64,000 nt of DNA from positions 15,190,001 through 15,254,000 of the forward strand of contig CM060732.1 of NCBI GenBank assembly GCA_030704615.1, in the 5' to 3' direction. This DNA is from Takakia lepidozioides. Lineage: Eukaryota; Plantae; Bryophyta. Under the pieces are notes generated by a model. That model had not been told where the DNA came from, did no database searches, and worked only from the letters and a program-made list of their open reading frames with translations. Made by a program: the position numbers and the translations under genes. The first letter of the stretch is position 1; each line of letters opens with the position of its first letter. Below are positions 10,578-22,846 of this stretch, one piece after another.

Positions 10578-12974
10578 TATTAGAGGGTTGTCTGGGACTT
10601 AGACAGTTTTACGGGTTTTGTGGGGTACCCTTAATTTTGCGCAGACTTACGGATGGTAGGCTCAGACCAACAGAGGCCTTAGGGGTGACAGACACAGGCC
10701 TTAGGGGTGGTAGGCAGGCTCACACAGTTAGTCATGGGTTTTTTTATAGCCTATCACAGCCTGACACAGCCTTACACAACCTTACACAGCCTATCACAAC
10801 CTATCACAGTCAGTCACAGCTTGTCATAGCCTGACACAGCCTTACACAGCCTTACACAGCCTATCACAACCTATCACAGTCAGTCACAGCTTGTCATAGC
10901 CTGACACAGCCTGACACAGCTTGTCACAGCCCGACACATCTAGACACAGTTCGACGTAGCCAGTCACAACAGTCACAGCCCGACACAGCTTGGCACAGCC
11001 GTCACGGCGTTCACAGGGAACAATTATCATTGGCAGTGAACAACTGTGAGGGATGCAGAGGGAACGTGCATTCTGTCTTGGATGACAGTTAGTTAGTTAG
11101 GCGGTTAGAACAACTTGCAGGTAGAATAGGCAGAGTAGCAACATGGAGAGGGACACTTTACTGAGAGAGTACTTCTTGGACAACACTGGAGGAGATCAGG
11201 CGGAGAGCACGATCTTGTAAGTGCAAATATGGAGATTACACAGAGGAGGAGATACGACGAGATGATGCTTGATTCATGCAAGCTGTAGAGATGCACTGTA
11301 GAGCAAATTAGAGACACCATGGCTTTGGCCTGATACTTGATAGATATTAATCTGATACATATTTCATACTCACTCTGTGTAGAGAGACCTGAGTGAAGCT
11401 GTGGAATGAATGCTTGGGTAGATGGAACATGGAAGATTGCAAAAGCGAACTGATACTTAATCATAGACAATAAGGTAACTTGCTAATATGAATGCGAGAA
11501 GGAATACAAATATGAAGCACCCCTATGATACACTAGTTGTAGGTCATGACTGATTGTTCTGAGCGGGCTGAGTGCTTAGAGATTTCCAACTCTTCTATCT
11601 TGGAGTTTCCACCTCGGATAGCTAAGGGATGGGTGAGTAAAAGCCGCTCGACATTTGGCAACCATATTGGGGAACTGAGTCAAGAACAACCAGATGTGAC
11701 AGGCATCTGGTGAGATCATGGTGGATGGAGAATCAAGGAATTTGATGTGAATCAAATTCCCTGTGAAACTGAGATAGAAAGATTGTCCAAACAATTCTTT
11801 CAGAGGTTCTTGGAATTGCCAGACGGTTGCAAGGAAAACATTCTTAAGAGGGTGCATGATGCTGATCCAGAGTGGGGTTTGGAGAAATGAGCGATAAAGA
11901 TTTATCAAGTGGCCTGTAGAGGGAGAGCAAGTTGGTTACCAACACTGGTTTATGTCATAGCATTGTTATCCATTAAACGAGTGGAGTTTGAAAGCTGGGA
12001 GGAACGGAAAGTGAATGTTTTTACTCATATGCATGAAGAACTTGTACTGGTAAAGAATTGGATTCCTAAGGATATCATGTGGATCAAACTTACACCAAGA
12101 ACAGCTTTTCAGACATGCTTGCCATATGGTTATATGGTAACGGAGCCTTTTAGTATAGCCAAGGGTGTATTAAAGCTTGAAAGAAATCCAGGCATATACG
12201 AGAGATACTATAGAAGAGAGTTTTGGTTATTGCCTCATTAAAGATATGAAAGACATGGGACATGAGTGATGAAAGGGAAGCTAGACTCCACAGATATTCA
12301 GCAAAAAGAGAAAGTTATTTGAAAGCTAATTATCCATATCTTTGGGAGAGAGGAATAGACATAGGGGAATCATCTGGACCTCTCACACCATTAAGGCCAG
12401 AGAGTACATCACCCATACCGGAAGAACCAGAGTTAATTGCCACTCCTTCTTATTCTTTACAAGAAAGATTAAGGGATTTGGTACAGGAAGAAGATCAGCT
12501 ACGAGGGGAAAGATCTGAGGTACATCCCTGGGTTAAAGATCTGACAAAAATCTTTGACCAGAGTTGGCATGGAACACCAAGAGCAGGAACTCCAGTTTCT
12601 GAAATACAAGATAAAGAAGAGGAAGATGTGGCAGAGCCAACGGAGAGTTCAGACTCTCCAACACCACTTCAGTTGAATTATATGAGTGAGGAAGAAGAAA
12701 TCGAAGGGAAGAACTTGGAAGATGAAAACAAAGAGAAGAATTTGGAAGATGAAAAGTATGAAGAAGTAGACCCAACAGTTGAGGTTGAGACTACAACCAG
12801 GACATCCCAACCTGTTGGACCTGGATCAAGTGGAGCACTTGGATCACAGGCCAACAAATGTGTTGGCTCAGGGGGATCAGGTGAGCAGCTTGGATCTGGC
12901 TCTGGGGGGACAGGGAGTGTGGGAAGTAGTGCAACTGGAGCTGGGGGTACTGCAAGTACAGGGGGGCCAGTAGC
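10578..12974 (+). mobile_element. Gypsy family G1 5' part: LTR 10578-11653, PBS 11654-11673, ORF0 and gag N-terminal region; interrupted by G2
   Basis: T(A)TTAGAGGG...GCTCGACA is followed by TTTGGCAACCATATTGGGGA. The acidic/Gly-rich ORF 12262-12974 is homologous to 41250-41985, which precedes the gag core in the complete copy. Confidence 0.88.
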
Positions 12975-13845
12975 TGTTAACCGCTGGTTTATGACTTAGA
13001 CAAAACAGACTATCAGCACTACTGCCCATTTCCTAATACATGCAACAGAGGTTGTCCGACGGTATGCTTTCAGAAACGATTACGAAGTAATCGTTTTAAG
13101 GATAGCTAAACCATGAACATCGTATGAATTTATCTCCTTGGAGGCTGCTTAATCCTATTGATTAAGCTTAACTTACAGTCTCTTTGACATGAAAGATCTT
13201 AGTCGTAAAGACTGAAGTCGTTCCATTCATACAAACAATTAATAGTCAAGGCAAAACAAGAACTATCCTGAGATGATACACATTCTCACCATCCCACGTT
13301 CTCTCATAATGCACATTCTCTCCATCTCACATTCACTCTACACAGAGATACTTCGAATAGCATGGCTTTACTTCAGAGTTCGTCACATCATCACAGAAGT
13401 ACACACTGAATATACACTGATCACTGATACTCATACTCATATTGCTCTCCTTCTAAGTTGCGTGCAATCTTTTTATACTATGCTCCAAAGAGCCGTTATA
13501 GTCTGTGGTCGTTAATGACCGTTTGCTTGATTGCCTACGCAACCTAAAAGGTTTGCTAAAAAGGTGGCTCGTTGCCGTGGTCGTGAGCCATAGTGGTAAA
13601 CGGTCCACTACACCCTCTATTGGTTAAAGCTGATGCTAACGTGGCCGTGTGATATCGTGGTTCACGGCCCACGGTTACTACACTACCCACTACTGCTCCC
13701 GTGGTAATGTACCATTGTCCCGCCATTTGCTAAGTACCGTGTACTTAGCCGTCTCTGCCTGTGGCCAGGTAGTGTACGTCCATCACTACCCGGTATATCC
13801 CGTTGTGACCCTCGTTGTCTGTCCCTCGTAGCATAGCCGTTATCA
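12975..13845 (-). repeat. G2 3' LTR (TGATAAC...GTTAACA)
   Basis: TG...CA ends with short inverted termini. On the minus strand it is preceded by the polypurine tract AAAAGAGGGGGTGGGAATAAA (13846-13866). A second copy lies at 29299-30152. Confidence 0.9.
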
Positions 13846-13973
13846 TTTATTCCCACCCCCTCTTTTGAAATTGTGTCCGCACAATTTCGTTAGCTCCTGT
13901 GCTTGTTGTATCTCTTGGGGATGTAAGGTGGTGGCATGCCTGTCTGCAGGGTAGGAAGTGTGTCCCAGGATTG

Positions 13974-14663
13974 TCATCGTGGAAGCTTCTTGTTCCTGTT
14001 GTCATCACTGTCTGGTTGCTCCTCTGGTTCGTGAGTAGGCCAGCTTTCGTCATCAGGGTGTTCTGCTATTCCGTCCCCACGTACCATGTCAATTTTTGTG
14101 GTCAAGGTTTCTCGGTAGGTTTGTAGCTCCTCCTTGGTCCAGGGTATAATGTGTTTAGTCGCCCTGCTGCCCATTAACCAGTTAACAGCTTGGACCCTGT
14201 TTCTCTGAAAGGGTGGGTCTCTGTCCAAGACCAATGGTGAAAAGTGGTCCTTCGCCTGGCGCCATGCTTCAGCATACATTGGCCTATTCATATATGCTGA
14301 AGTGCCTGCGACTCTCTCTGGTGGCTGGAATTTGGGTAATTCCCAGTGAGTATCTTTTTCAATACTCTCATAGCGCTGCCAGCTTCCCCTCATTGTCACG
14401 AACATCCGGTACAGGCCAATATAAAAACTTGGGCATCCCATTACAATGGTTACTGCCGGGGTAGGATTAATCTTCAATTGCCCCACTGCCCACATGTAAG
14501 CTACCAGTTCCTTGTATTCCAGGGGAGCCTGGCGCCAGAATTCAACCAATTCTGCCCCTGACCATGTCTCCTCCTTAGCCAGTGGCCTCATCCTATATCT
14601 TAGAGGGATAAGAGTTTGATTGAGCAGATGTAATTGTGTAGAGTAAAAAGAGGGGTGCTGCAT
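13974..14663 (-). CDS. G2 3' extra ORF, unknown function, homologous to G1 ORF 33043-33738
   Basis: Open 229-aa frame between integrase and PPT. Shares the motifs FW..A...KEL.A, IVMGC..FY and HW.LP with G1. Confidence 0.65.
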   Translation of the reverse strand: MQHPSFYSTQLHLLNQTLIPLRYRMRPLAKEETWSGAELVEFWRQAPLEYKELVAYMWAVGQLKINPTPAVTIVMGCPSFYIGLYRMFVTMRGSWQRYESIEKDTHWELPKFQPPERVAGTSAYMNRPMYAEAWRQAKDHFSPLVLDRDPPFQRNRVQAVNWLMGSRATKHIIPWTKEELQTYRETLTTKIDMVRGDGIAEHPDDESWPTHEPEEQPDSDDNRNKKLPR

Positions 14664-15702
14664 TAACTCAATTCATCAGCAGCTTGGGTTAGTATTCTGA
14701 CACAAATGACACCGCAGCGGAAGGGAAAACATCACTCATGCCATTTAGCTATCTATCCTAGAAACAAACATGCTGGATTTGAAACAGGTTGTCCAGAATG
14801 CTTTGTACTTATGCTAGGTTTCCTGGGTTATTCATGAATTCCAACTACTTAGATGAGGACCAGCACTCTCATAAAAGAATTTACTTGCCACATTAATTCA
14901 CTACTAGCATGCAAATAGTGCAACCTGGGCTATTGCTCTAATCAGGTCTGGATTTGCTGCAGCTGAGCTCCCAAAAGTCCTCAGAATCTGATCAAGCTAC
15001 ACTCTCATAACTACTTGGGGTATCATGACATCTAAAGGACCAATTCCCAAGGCTGAAAGCTACACATGCCATCTGCAATAGTGAATATTTATGTTAAATT
15101 CACATCAGAGCTTACAATACCATGCCACTGAACACTTGTAGAGATTCACATGATTGCAACTCCTCTTTACTACTGGCCTCAGCGGATACAATCAGTTCTG
15201 CCCTGATAGTTCACCATCCTCACTGCTCACACCGAGCTCCTACTTTTCTCCTCACCAAAAAGACCCCCTCCGTCTTGCACTACCGCTGCTTAAATCTACT
15301 TTTGGTTGCCTCATCCACTCCGAACGGTGCGTTGATTAATCGCTGATTTCATGGCTAGCCCATGTGTTTATTTAGTAGACCGCGGGTATTCCTCCCCCTC
15401 TCGGCCTACTTGCACGTCAATACCACTTGTGCTTTCTATCTATGCGGAGTATGCCAACTACACCTTATCATCCAATTGGATGAACTACAACAGTACTATG
15501 CTATTTTGGTTACTGCCTTAGTTCATCCGTTAGTCATCCAGCAACTCCAACTGGATGTACCTCCTATGCACCTTCATCATCCGTTCGTTACCTGCATTCA
15601 ACCCCTCTTCATCCAAGTTTCAGCTTCATCCCGACATCCCGACACTTAGCCAAAATTTCGCACCACGAGATTTTACCCTACAGCTGTAGAGTCCTCCGTT
15701 CT

Positions 15703-17000
15703 TTAGCTACCACCGTCCTCGGTGGTTTCTTCCTCACACACAGTCTTCACTAAGGTTTGTAGTGCTTTGAGTTCACGACGTTTCCTCTTCCACCGCCTGC
15801 CTGCTCCATCTTGTAGAATGCAAACGCGGCTTCCCTCATCGCCAGCTGCATTGTGTCCTTCGTCATTTTCTATCAACAGGTATGGGCCTTCCCAGGGATC
15901 CTCCATCTTCCTTTTCTTCCCTGGTTTCAACATCATAACCAGGCTTTGATTCTGCAGTTGCTGGAACTCTTTGTGGTGTTTGTGCCTGGCCGCATATCCT
16001 CTCTGCTGCTGTTTTTGTGCCCTGCCAACATTGTCACGGAGTCGCCTTTCTATTGATCGAATGTCTTGCATCTTCCTGGCCATCATCTCCACCATGGCAT
16101 CTTCATCGTCGTCTAGCTTCACCAGCTCCGTTATGGCTCCGATTTCATTGTCAATAGACATCCTCATCTCCCTGCCCAGTGAGTACTTCAAATGGGGAGA
16201 AGCGGGTTGAGGCTTGAATGTCGAATCTATAGCCAAACGCTGATTTGTGCAGGTCACGATCCCATTCGCAACCTGTTTCTCCTCCTAGCGTCACTATGCT
16301 TTGCTTGAGTGTTTTGATAAGCCTTTCCGCCATGCCATTGCACTGCGGCCAGTAGGGTGCGGAGTACTCTTGCTTGATGCCAAATCTCTCACATACTTCC
16401 TTGAATTCACCCTTCCACTCGCTACCTTGGTCTGTCAACACCGTGCGAGGTATCCCATATCGATAGATGATCTGTTCCTCAAAAAATCGGGCTGTCAATG
16501 CAGCTGTGTGCTCGGTTACTGGGGTGACCTCTACCCATTTGGAAAAGTGGTCTACGACAATGAGTGCATAATGATTTCCTTCCTTGGTCTTGGGCAAAGG
16601 CCCTGCTGTATCCATAGCAATTCGGTAGAAGAGGTCCTTGATAGGAATGCTCCGTAGCTTGGTACTCCCAGATCTTAATGGACCCGACAGCCGAGCGGTT
16701 TGGCAGCGTGTGCAGGTTTGCAATACCTCCTGTACTTGCCGAATTCTGTTGTGCCAGAAGAGCCTCTTGCAGATCTCTGCTTGGACTCGTTTTGCTCCAA
16801 AGTGTCCCATTTCACGATGCAAGCGACGAATAATTTCTTCCCTCTTCTGTGGTTCTGGTACAATCAGCCCTTTGTAAAGTAGCACTCCCTCTCTCCATTC
16901 GGAATGCCTAGTGCGTTTTTTAACCCTCTTTTCTTCTTCTTGATTGAGGTAATCATTGATCTCTCCAAATGTGAGCAAGTGCATGGCCTGGATGTCATTA
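15703..17000 (-). pseudogene. pol: G2 integrase (HHCC, DDE, GPY/F), frameshifted near the C-terminus
   Basis: LHREMGHFG..CTRC; AMDTAGP; LTDQGSEW; NGMAERL; WEGPY. No chromodomain is evident. Confidence 0.92.
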
Positions 17001-19578
17001 AGGATGTCATCCTCGTGTTCTTCTCGCTCAAGTTGGTCATCCCTTCTTATTTTAGTTGGTGGGCCTTCCTCAGCTGCCATCTGCAGCAACTGTCGCTGCT
17101 GGATTTCTGCCCCCCATGCGCCTCCTTCACTCTTGACTGATCTGCCACTTTCCAGCAGGTGTTCTTCCTCTCTGCTGGAGTAGCTGCTGCTGGACTTACT
17201 CCTTGGTCCTTCATTCTCACTTTCAGGGAGCTCCTCCACTCTTTTTCTGCTCCCTTCCTCATCTCCTTCTCTCTCTGGCAGATGTTGCCCATCGCCCCTC
17301 ATTACCCTTTGCACTTGTGGTTCAGCCCTAAGTCCTGCCCTCGTTTGTATGACTCCAACAAAGGGCAGCTCCTTGTATGCCTGATTCTTACCCCCATGTG
17401 GTGTTTGTCGTGGCAGGTCTTTCCACAATCGCACCCGTCTTCTAGTTGACCAGTCATCAATTTTGCCATCGTCGTCCTTTCCCTCTTCGTCAGTGAAGTA
17501 CTTATACTCCCTTTCTCTTTCTTCATGTTCACGACCTTCAGGTGGTTCCTTCTTTATTACTGCCTTCATTTGCTGCATTGCCATGTGCTTACCTGGTGTG
17601 GGTCTGATTTGCCCATGCCCAACAGTTGGGGGAATCCCATGTATTAAAAAGACTCCATTCTGGGTTGCATTTTCCATCCGCTGAAGTGCCTCCCACAGGC
17701 TGTTTTTTGGTGGGACAGGTTCCCCTCCTTCTCTTAGTGTCCTCTTTTTCTTGCCCCTGTTTCCAGCCTGGGCCATGGTATCCTTGCTTCCTTTGGTTTC
17801 CTGCCCCTTCATGCTTTGCCTTCTCCACTGTTCTTTGTACTTCAGCTCTTGATTGTGCGTCCCCAGCAAAGGGCAATTCTTCACATGGTGGAATTCTGCT
17901 CACAAGAAGTGCATGCCGTGGGCTCTTTTGCAGGAAATTCCACCTCTTCTCTTCACCACCAACCTCTCCGTCATCACCTTCCCTCTTCCAGCCATGATCC
18001 GCTCCATCAAGTTCTTCACCGAGGTGTACGTTTTCCTGTTTGTCACTTCTCTCACTTTCCCCTTCATGTGCCACTCCAGATTTGTTCTTCCTTGCTGCTT
18101 GAGGATTGGTTTGGTAATCGGCCCTGGTTTTTATCACTCCAGCGCAGGGCAGCCCCTTCTCTCTCTTGTTCTCACAGCCTGGTCTTGTTCTTCTCTGCAC
18201 AAATCCTCCGAGTTCTTCATTTTCAGATTGCTGGATTTCACTATTCATGAGCTGCCGGCCTTTGTCCTCCCTAGCAGGGAAGTGTGCTCCCTTTTCCTCA
18301 CTCTTTGCTGGTTCCTTTGCAGATATTCCACCCACTACATCACCAGGACCACATCTTCCTTGGGGCTCATCCCTTGACCAATTTCTGGCCTCCATCCGTT
18401 CAGGTCTTGACTCCACTATCCCCATTGCTGCTGATTTTTGAGCTGCTGATGTCCTGTTTTTGAGTCTCCTCTTCTTCTTGTTTTAGCAGCAGCTCCCATG
18501 CTTGGATTGCTACCCTTCTCCGCAACTTATCTCGTACCTTTCCCTTCCCCTTCAGTCTGATTAACTTACTTGTCTTGGCAGCCTTTTTGCCATGACCTCC
18601 GTGCTTCACTGCTGCTCCCTTGACTGCCCACCATCCGTGGATCTTCTTCATCCCACTGGCCAGCCTTGGCATGTACTTAGTCATGAGATACCATAGGTGT
18701 TTGCTGCACAAATTCACCATGAGTATGGTCCTCCAGACCCCATCCTTCACCATCCAACAGGTAATTCTGGCAGTCCTTTCCGCAGCCCTTAGGGCCTCGT
18801 CCTTTTGCTGCACCTCTTTCTTTATTCGCATGATGCTCTTGTTTCTCCTTCCTAGTTCATCATGGAACTTGTGTACTGATCCTTCCTTCCCTGTTGCATT
18901 CACCCTTCTCATATACTGTGCAGAACTTTGCCAAAGGTAATTGAAGCATACCACCATCACCTGTACGGTGCTGATTATCCACATCAACATTGCCATAAAA
19001 GCTGAGCTCCATCTGCTCCTTGCCCTTTCCATTTGTCGCTTGTTCTCATCAGATTTCCTTGCTTCAGAGCTGATGCTTGCCTTCCCACCGTTCTTTTGAA
19101 TCCTCACGTCATTCTCGCTGTCACTCACAGTCCTAATGGCTGGTTTTTCTTTTCCTTTCAGCACGCAGGTTCTTGGAGGACTCACTGACTTAAGATGACC
19201 TCTCTTGCTCTCTCGGCAATAGACACACAGTGATGGTTTGTTGCTCATCTCTGTGTTTGGCCTCACTTTTATGAACACTCCTGGGATCAATGTACTCTCC
19301 CTGTATTGGACTGCAGTGTCTTGAGGCCTATGCTGCAGATCCTCTACTCTTTCCTCATTTGACCCCGCTCCTATCACCCGGTCGCTATAAACTATTAGTG
19401 CAGTATTGGCAGAATCTTTGCATTGGTTGTCCCTTCCCCTTTCTGTCATTGGAGTTGTCTCAGTAATTGCTCTTTTTTTGTTCTCTCGGTCATTCTCGCT
19501 GTTTTTCTCATAACTACATGATCCCTCTTCAAAGCTGCTGATTACAGCATTGACTCCTGGGTAAAGTTCAAACCTGAC
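17001..19578 (-). pseudogene. G2 long RNaseH-integrase tether (ORF pieces 18400-19449, 17589-18425 and the N-part of 16151-17884)
   Basis: Nearly continuous sense-strand coding potential between RH and IN. Charged, low complexity, with one hydrophobic segment. Confidence 0.55.
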
Positions 19579-21780
19579 TCATTGCTCCTTCTCCTTCCCC
19601 TTTGCAGATCGGCTTTCAGCATCAATCCTCAAGCCCGAAGAAAGTAACTTCTCTGCCTGTGCAGCGCTTTCTTGCTCATCATCTGCTTGGTCCTGACTTG
19701 GTTCAATTATCTCAAAGCAGAAGTCTTGAGTGATATCTGTTCTTGGCACCTTCCCTTGTTTTCTATATTCCAATGGCTGCAGATTAGTGTAGATGCAAAA
19801 GAATATGCCATGCAATTCCTGTCTAAACTGCCATAGCGCCCATACCAATAGATAGTAATGGAGCTCATACCCATTTTTTCCAGGGCCAATGACTGACCTC
19901 TCTTCCCTTTTTGCAAGAGCATATCTACCATTGCGAAGGGTGAAAAGGTCTGCAACCCCCACGTTCTCTTCCAAGCAGAGCCTCATTACTGTCTCAGGTT
20001 TTTGCTCTCCCCTCCTTTTCTCTCTTCTAGTCATGTTGATTTCTATGTCTTCAAGTTCTTCTGGTTTTCCGACAGGGAATCTACTAAGGGCATCCACATT
20101 GGTGTGTTTGCTGCCAGGTCGGTGGATAATGCGAAATTCAAAATCCTGGAGCATCATGATCCAGCGTCCGCGTCTACCGTATGCGTCACTCACCGTTGCA
20201 AGCCATTCAAGGGGTTTATGGTCTGTTCTTACCAAGAAGGGCGTACCATACAGGTACTGTCGGAAATGAAGAACTCCCCAAACCAATGCATAGCATTCCC
20301 CTTCCATTGGGTGGTATTTCTTTTGTGTATTTGATAGTGCCTTACTAACATAAGCAATCACGTGTTTCTTCCTTCCTTCCTTTTGTGATAAAATGGCCCC
20401 TACACCCTGGATTGACCAATCGACGTCTAGGATAAATGGTTTAGTAAAGTCAGGCCTTACCAAAATTGGGGCTTCGATCAGCTTCAGTCGCAGTCCTTCG
20501 AACGCATTCTGAGCTTGTGGATTCCATTTGAAGTTTGTGTCTTTCCTGGTGAGGTCGAACAGCGGTCCAGCCGCGTGAGCATATTTCTGCATGTATTCCC
20601 TATAGTACCCAGTCATGCCTAAGTATACCTTCACCCCTGTAACATTCCTTGGTATTGGAAATTGCTCAATGGCAAGGACTTTGTTAGGGTCTGGTTTTAC
20701 CCCTTGCTTTGACACAACATGTCCGAGGAACACCAGTTCCTGTTTCCCAAATTCACACTTCTCAGGGTTCAGCTTCAGATTGCTCTCATTCAACCGCTGT
20801 AGAATGCTTTCAACATGCCTTAGGTGAGACTCCATTCTGTGCTGTGGACATTTATGTCATCCACAAACACCTTCGTGTATTCTTTGATTTCCTGAGCCAA
20901 AATGGTGTTCATTGCTCGCTGAAAAGTTTGCTGTGGCATTTGTCAGCCCAAATGGCATCACCAGCCACTCGTAAAGACCTGATCTGGTAATTATGGCAGT
21001 CTTCTTGATGTCTTGCTCGCTCATCCTTATCTGCCAAAAGCCACTTTGTAGATCTAGTGTTGAAAACCAGCTGGCCTTTCCCAGCTGTTGTAAGACATCA
21101 CGAATCACTGGCATGGGGTATGAGTCTCTCCTGGTTTGCTGATTTAGGGGTCTGTAGTCACCGCAGAATCGCTTACTCCCATCTTTTTTTGGTGGTAAAG
21201 TGACTGGACAATTGTACTCCGAGGCACTTTGTCTCATTTTTCCTTGTTTGATCAACGCTTCTATTTGTGATTGCACCTCCTTCTCTTCCCACTCCGATAG
21301 CCTATTTGCTCGACTTCTACATGGTGGAAAGCCCTTAGTGTCTATGTGATGCTCCACGTCCTTGCAAAAACCCAGATCTGCCTTGCTGAGGGCAAATGCC
21401 TCTTGGTTCTGCTCCAGCATGGCCAGCATCTGCTCTCTTTGTGTTTCTGTCAGCTGGTCACTTAGCTTCAGCCTTGCTTTTAGCGTCTGCCAACGACTTG
21501 GCACTTCAATATTTATCCTGTCCGTTTTCCCAGAGACAGAGTATATGGTTATCTGGTAACGCTCCCTTTCTTCAAGAGCAGTGACTCTCAACCAGTCCTG
21601 GATATCGTCTTCCCCTTCACTCTCCTCTTGGAGTTCGTTTTCCCATGCCTTGTTATAGGCATCCCTTAGGATCAGCCTGGTCATGCCTTGGTGTGTCTCT
21701 TGTTCAAGCAATTCTCCCAAACCCTGGTCCTCTAGCTCATCATCCTCTATCTCCGCATCCCTGATCAGTTCTTCATAGTC
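19579..21780 (-). pseudogene. pol: G2 reverse transcriptase and RNase H, frameshifted
   Basis: KKDGSKRFCGDYRPLN; LDLQSGFWQI; VMPFGLTNA; VFVDD (~20860); FILDVDWS; EGECYALVW; RTDHKPL. Confidence 0.95.
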
Positions 21781-22846
21781 GAGGTAATGTGTGATGATGA
21801 GGAAGCGGTTCTGGCTGAACTAACTGAGATTATGTCAGGAAGCATGGTCAATGAGGTTCGTCTAAGAAAAGGGTTCCTATTCCATTACCAGTTCCCAGCC
21901 CTACGACAGACAATGAAAAGGGAGAAGCAGCAGAAGCTGCTGAAGAACATGGCAGACCACAACGGAGAATGCCACCAAGATGGTCTGAAACTACAGCAGG
22001 AAGATAAAAAATACTCAATCACTTTTATAAGGGCCGCATCTCCATGTCACCAATGGACATGATCATGAGTATGTCAGAGGAGTTCGAGAAATTAAAAGGA
22101 TTGGTCAAAGTGGTTGAGTGAGCCAAAGAAAGTAGCAGGCAAACCAACTGGACTGCTGGAGCAAAACACACTGGTGCACAACACGTCTCCAAACAGCAGG
22201 CAGTAGCGTATGCATACAATGGGAAGGTGAAGGCTCTTCATGCCATGGTTACAATAGGGGATTTCCAAGTGCTAGGGCAGATTGACACAGGAGCTATGGT
22301 CTCTGTGATGGCAGCAAGTACAGCACGGGATCTGGGAATTATGAAGTATTAAATGACAAAGAGGTGGCTTACCGTGTGGCATCTGGAGCTGTGGAGACAG
22401 CAATGGGTAGGCTGGAGGACCTCAAGGTCACGGCGGGAAAATTGACAAATCAAGTATCTTTCATAGTGGTTGATATGGACAGCTATCACATGCTACTAGG
22501 ACTTGACTTCTTGAAGAAATTTGGGGCTGGAGTGGATACGGAGGCTGAAACACTGAGGATCCGCTACGGACCTGGAACTGATGTGGCTTATTTTCCCTTG
22601 CACACAGTTGAGTTGGCTGATAACAAGATGCAGCAATTTCACGAGCTGTGTGAGAACATATTGGTCGAACCTGCAGAGGGGATTTGGGACTGCAACAATC
22701 AGGTCTATGCAGTGTCACATGCTGAAGAGCCCGGGACAATGTAATCCAAATTCCCCAGTCCAGATGAATGGAAAGAGGAGTCAGAAGAGTGGGAAACAGA
22801 TTCGGAGACTGGATCTCAAGACATGGAGGAAGAACTACATTACCTC
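21781..22846 (+). pseudogene. G2 gag-pol linker and aspartic protease, inverted relative to the rest of the element
   Basis: LGQIDTGAMVSVM and MLLGLDFLKKF read on the + strand. The segment is bounded by the inverted 10-mers GAGGTAATGT (21781-21790) and ACATTACCTC (22837-22846). Confidence 0.88.
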
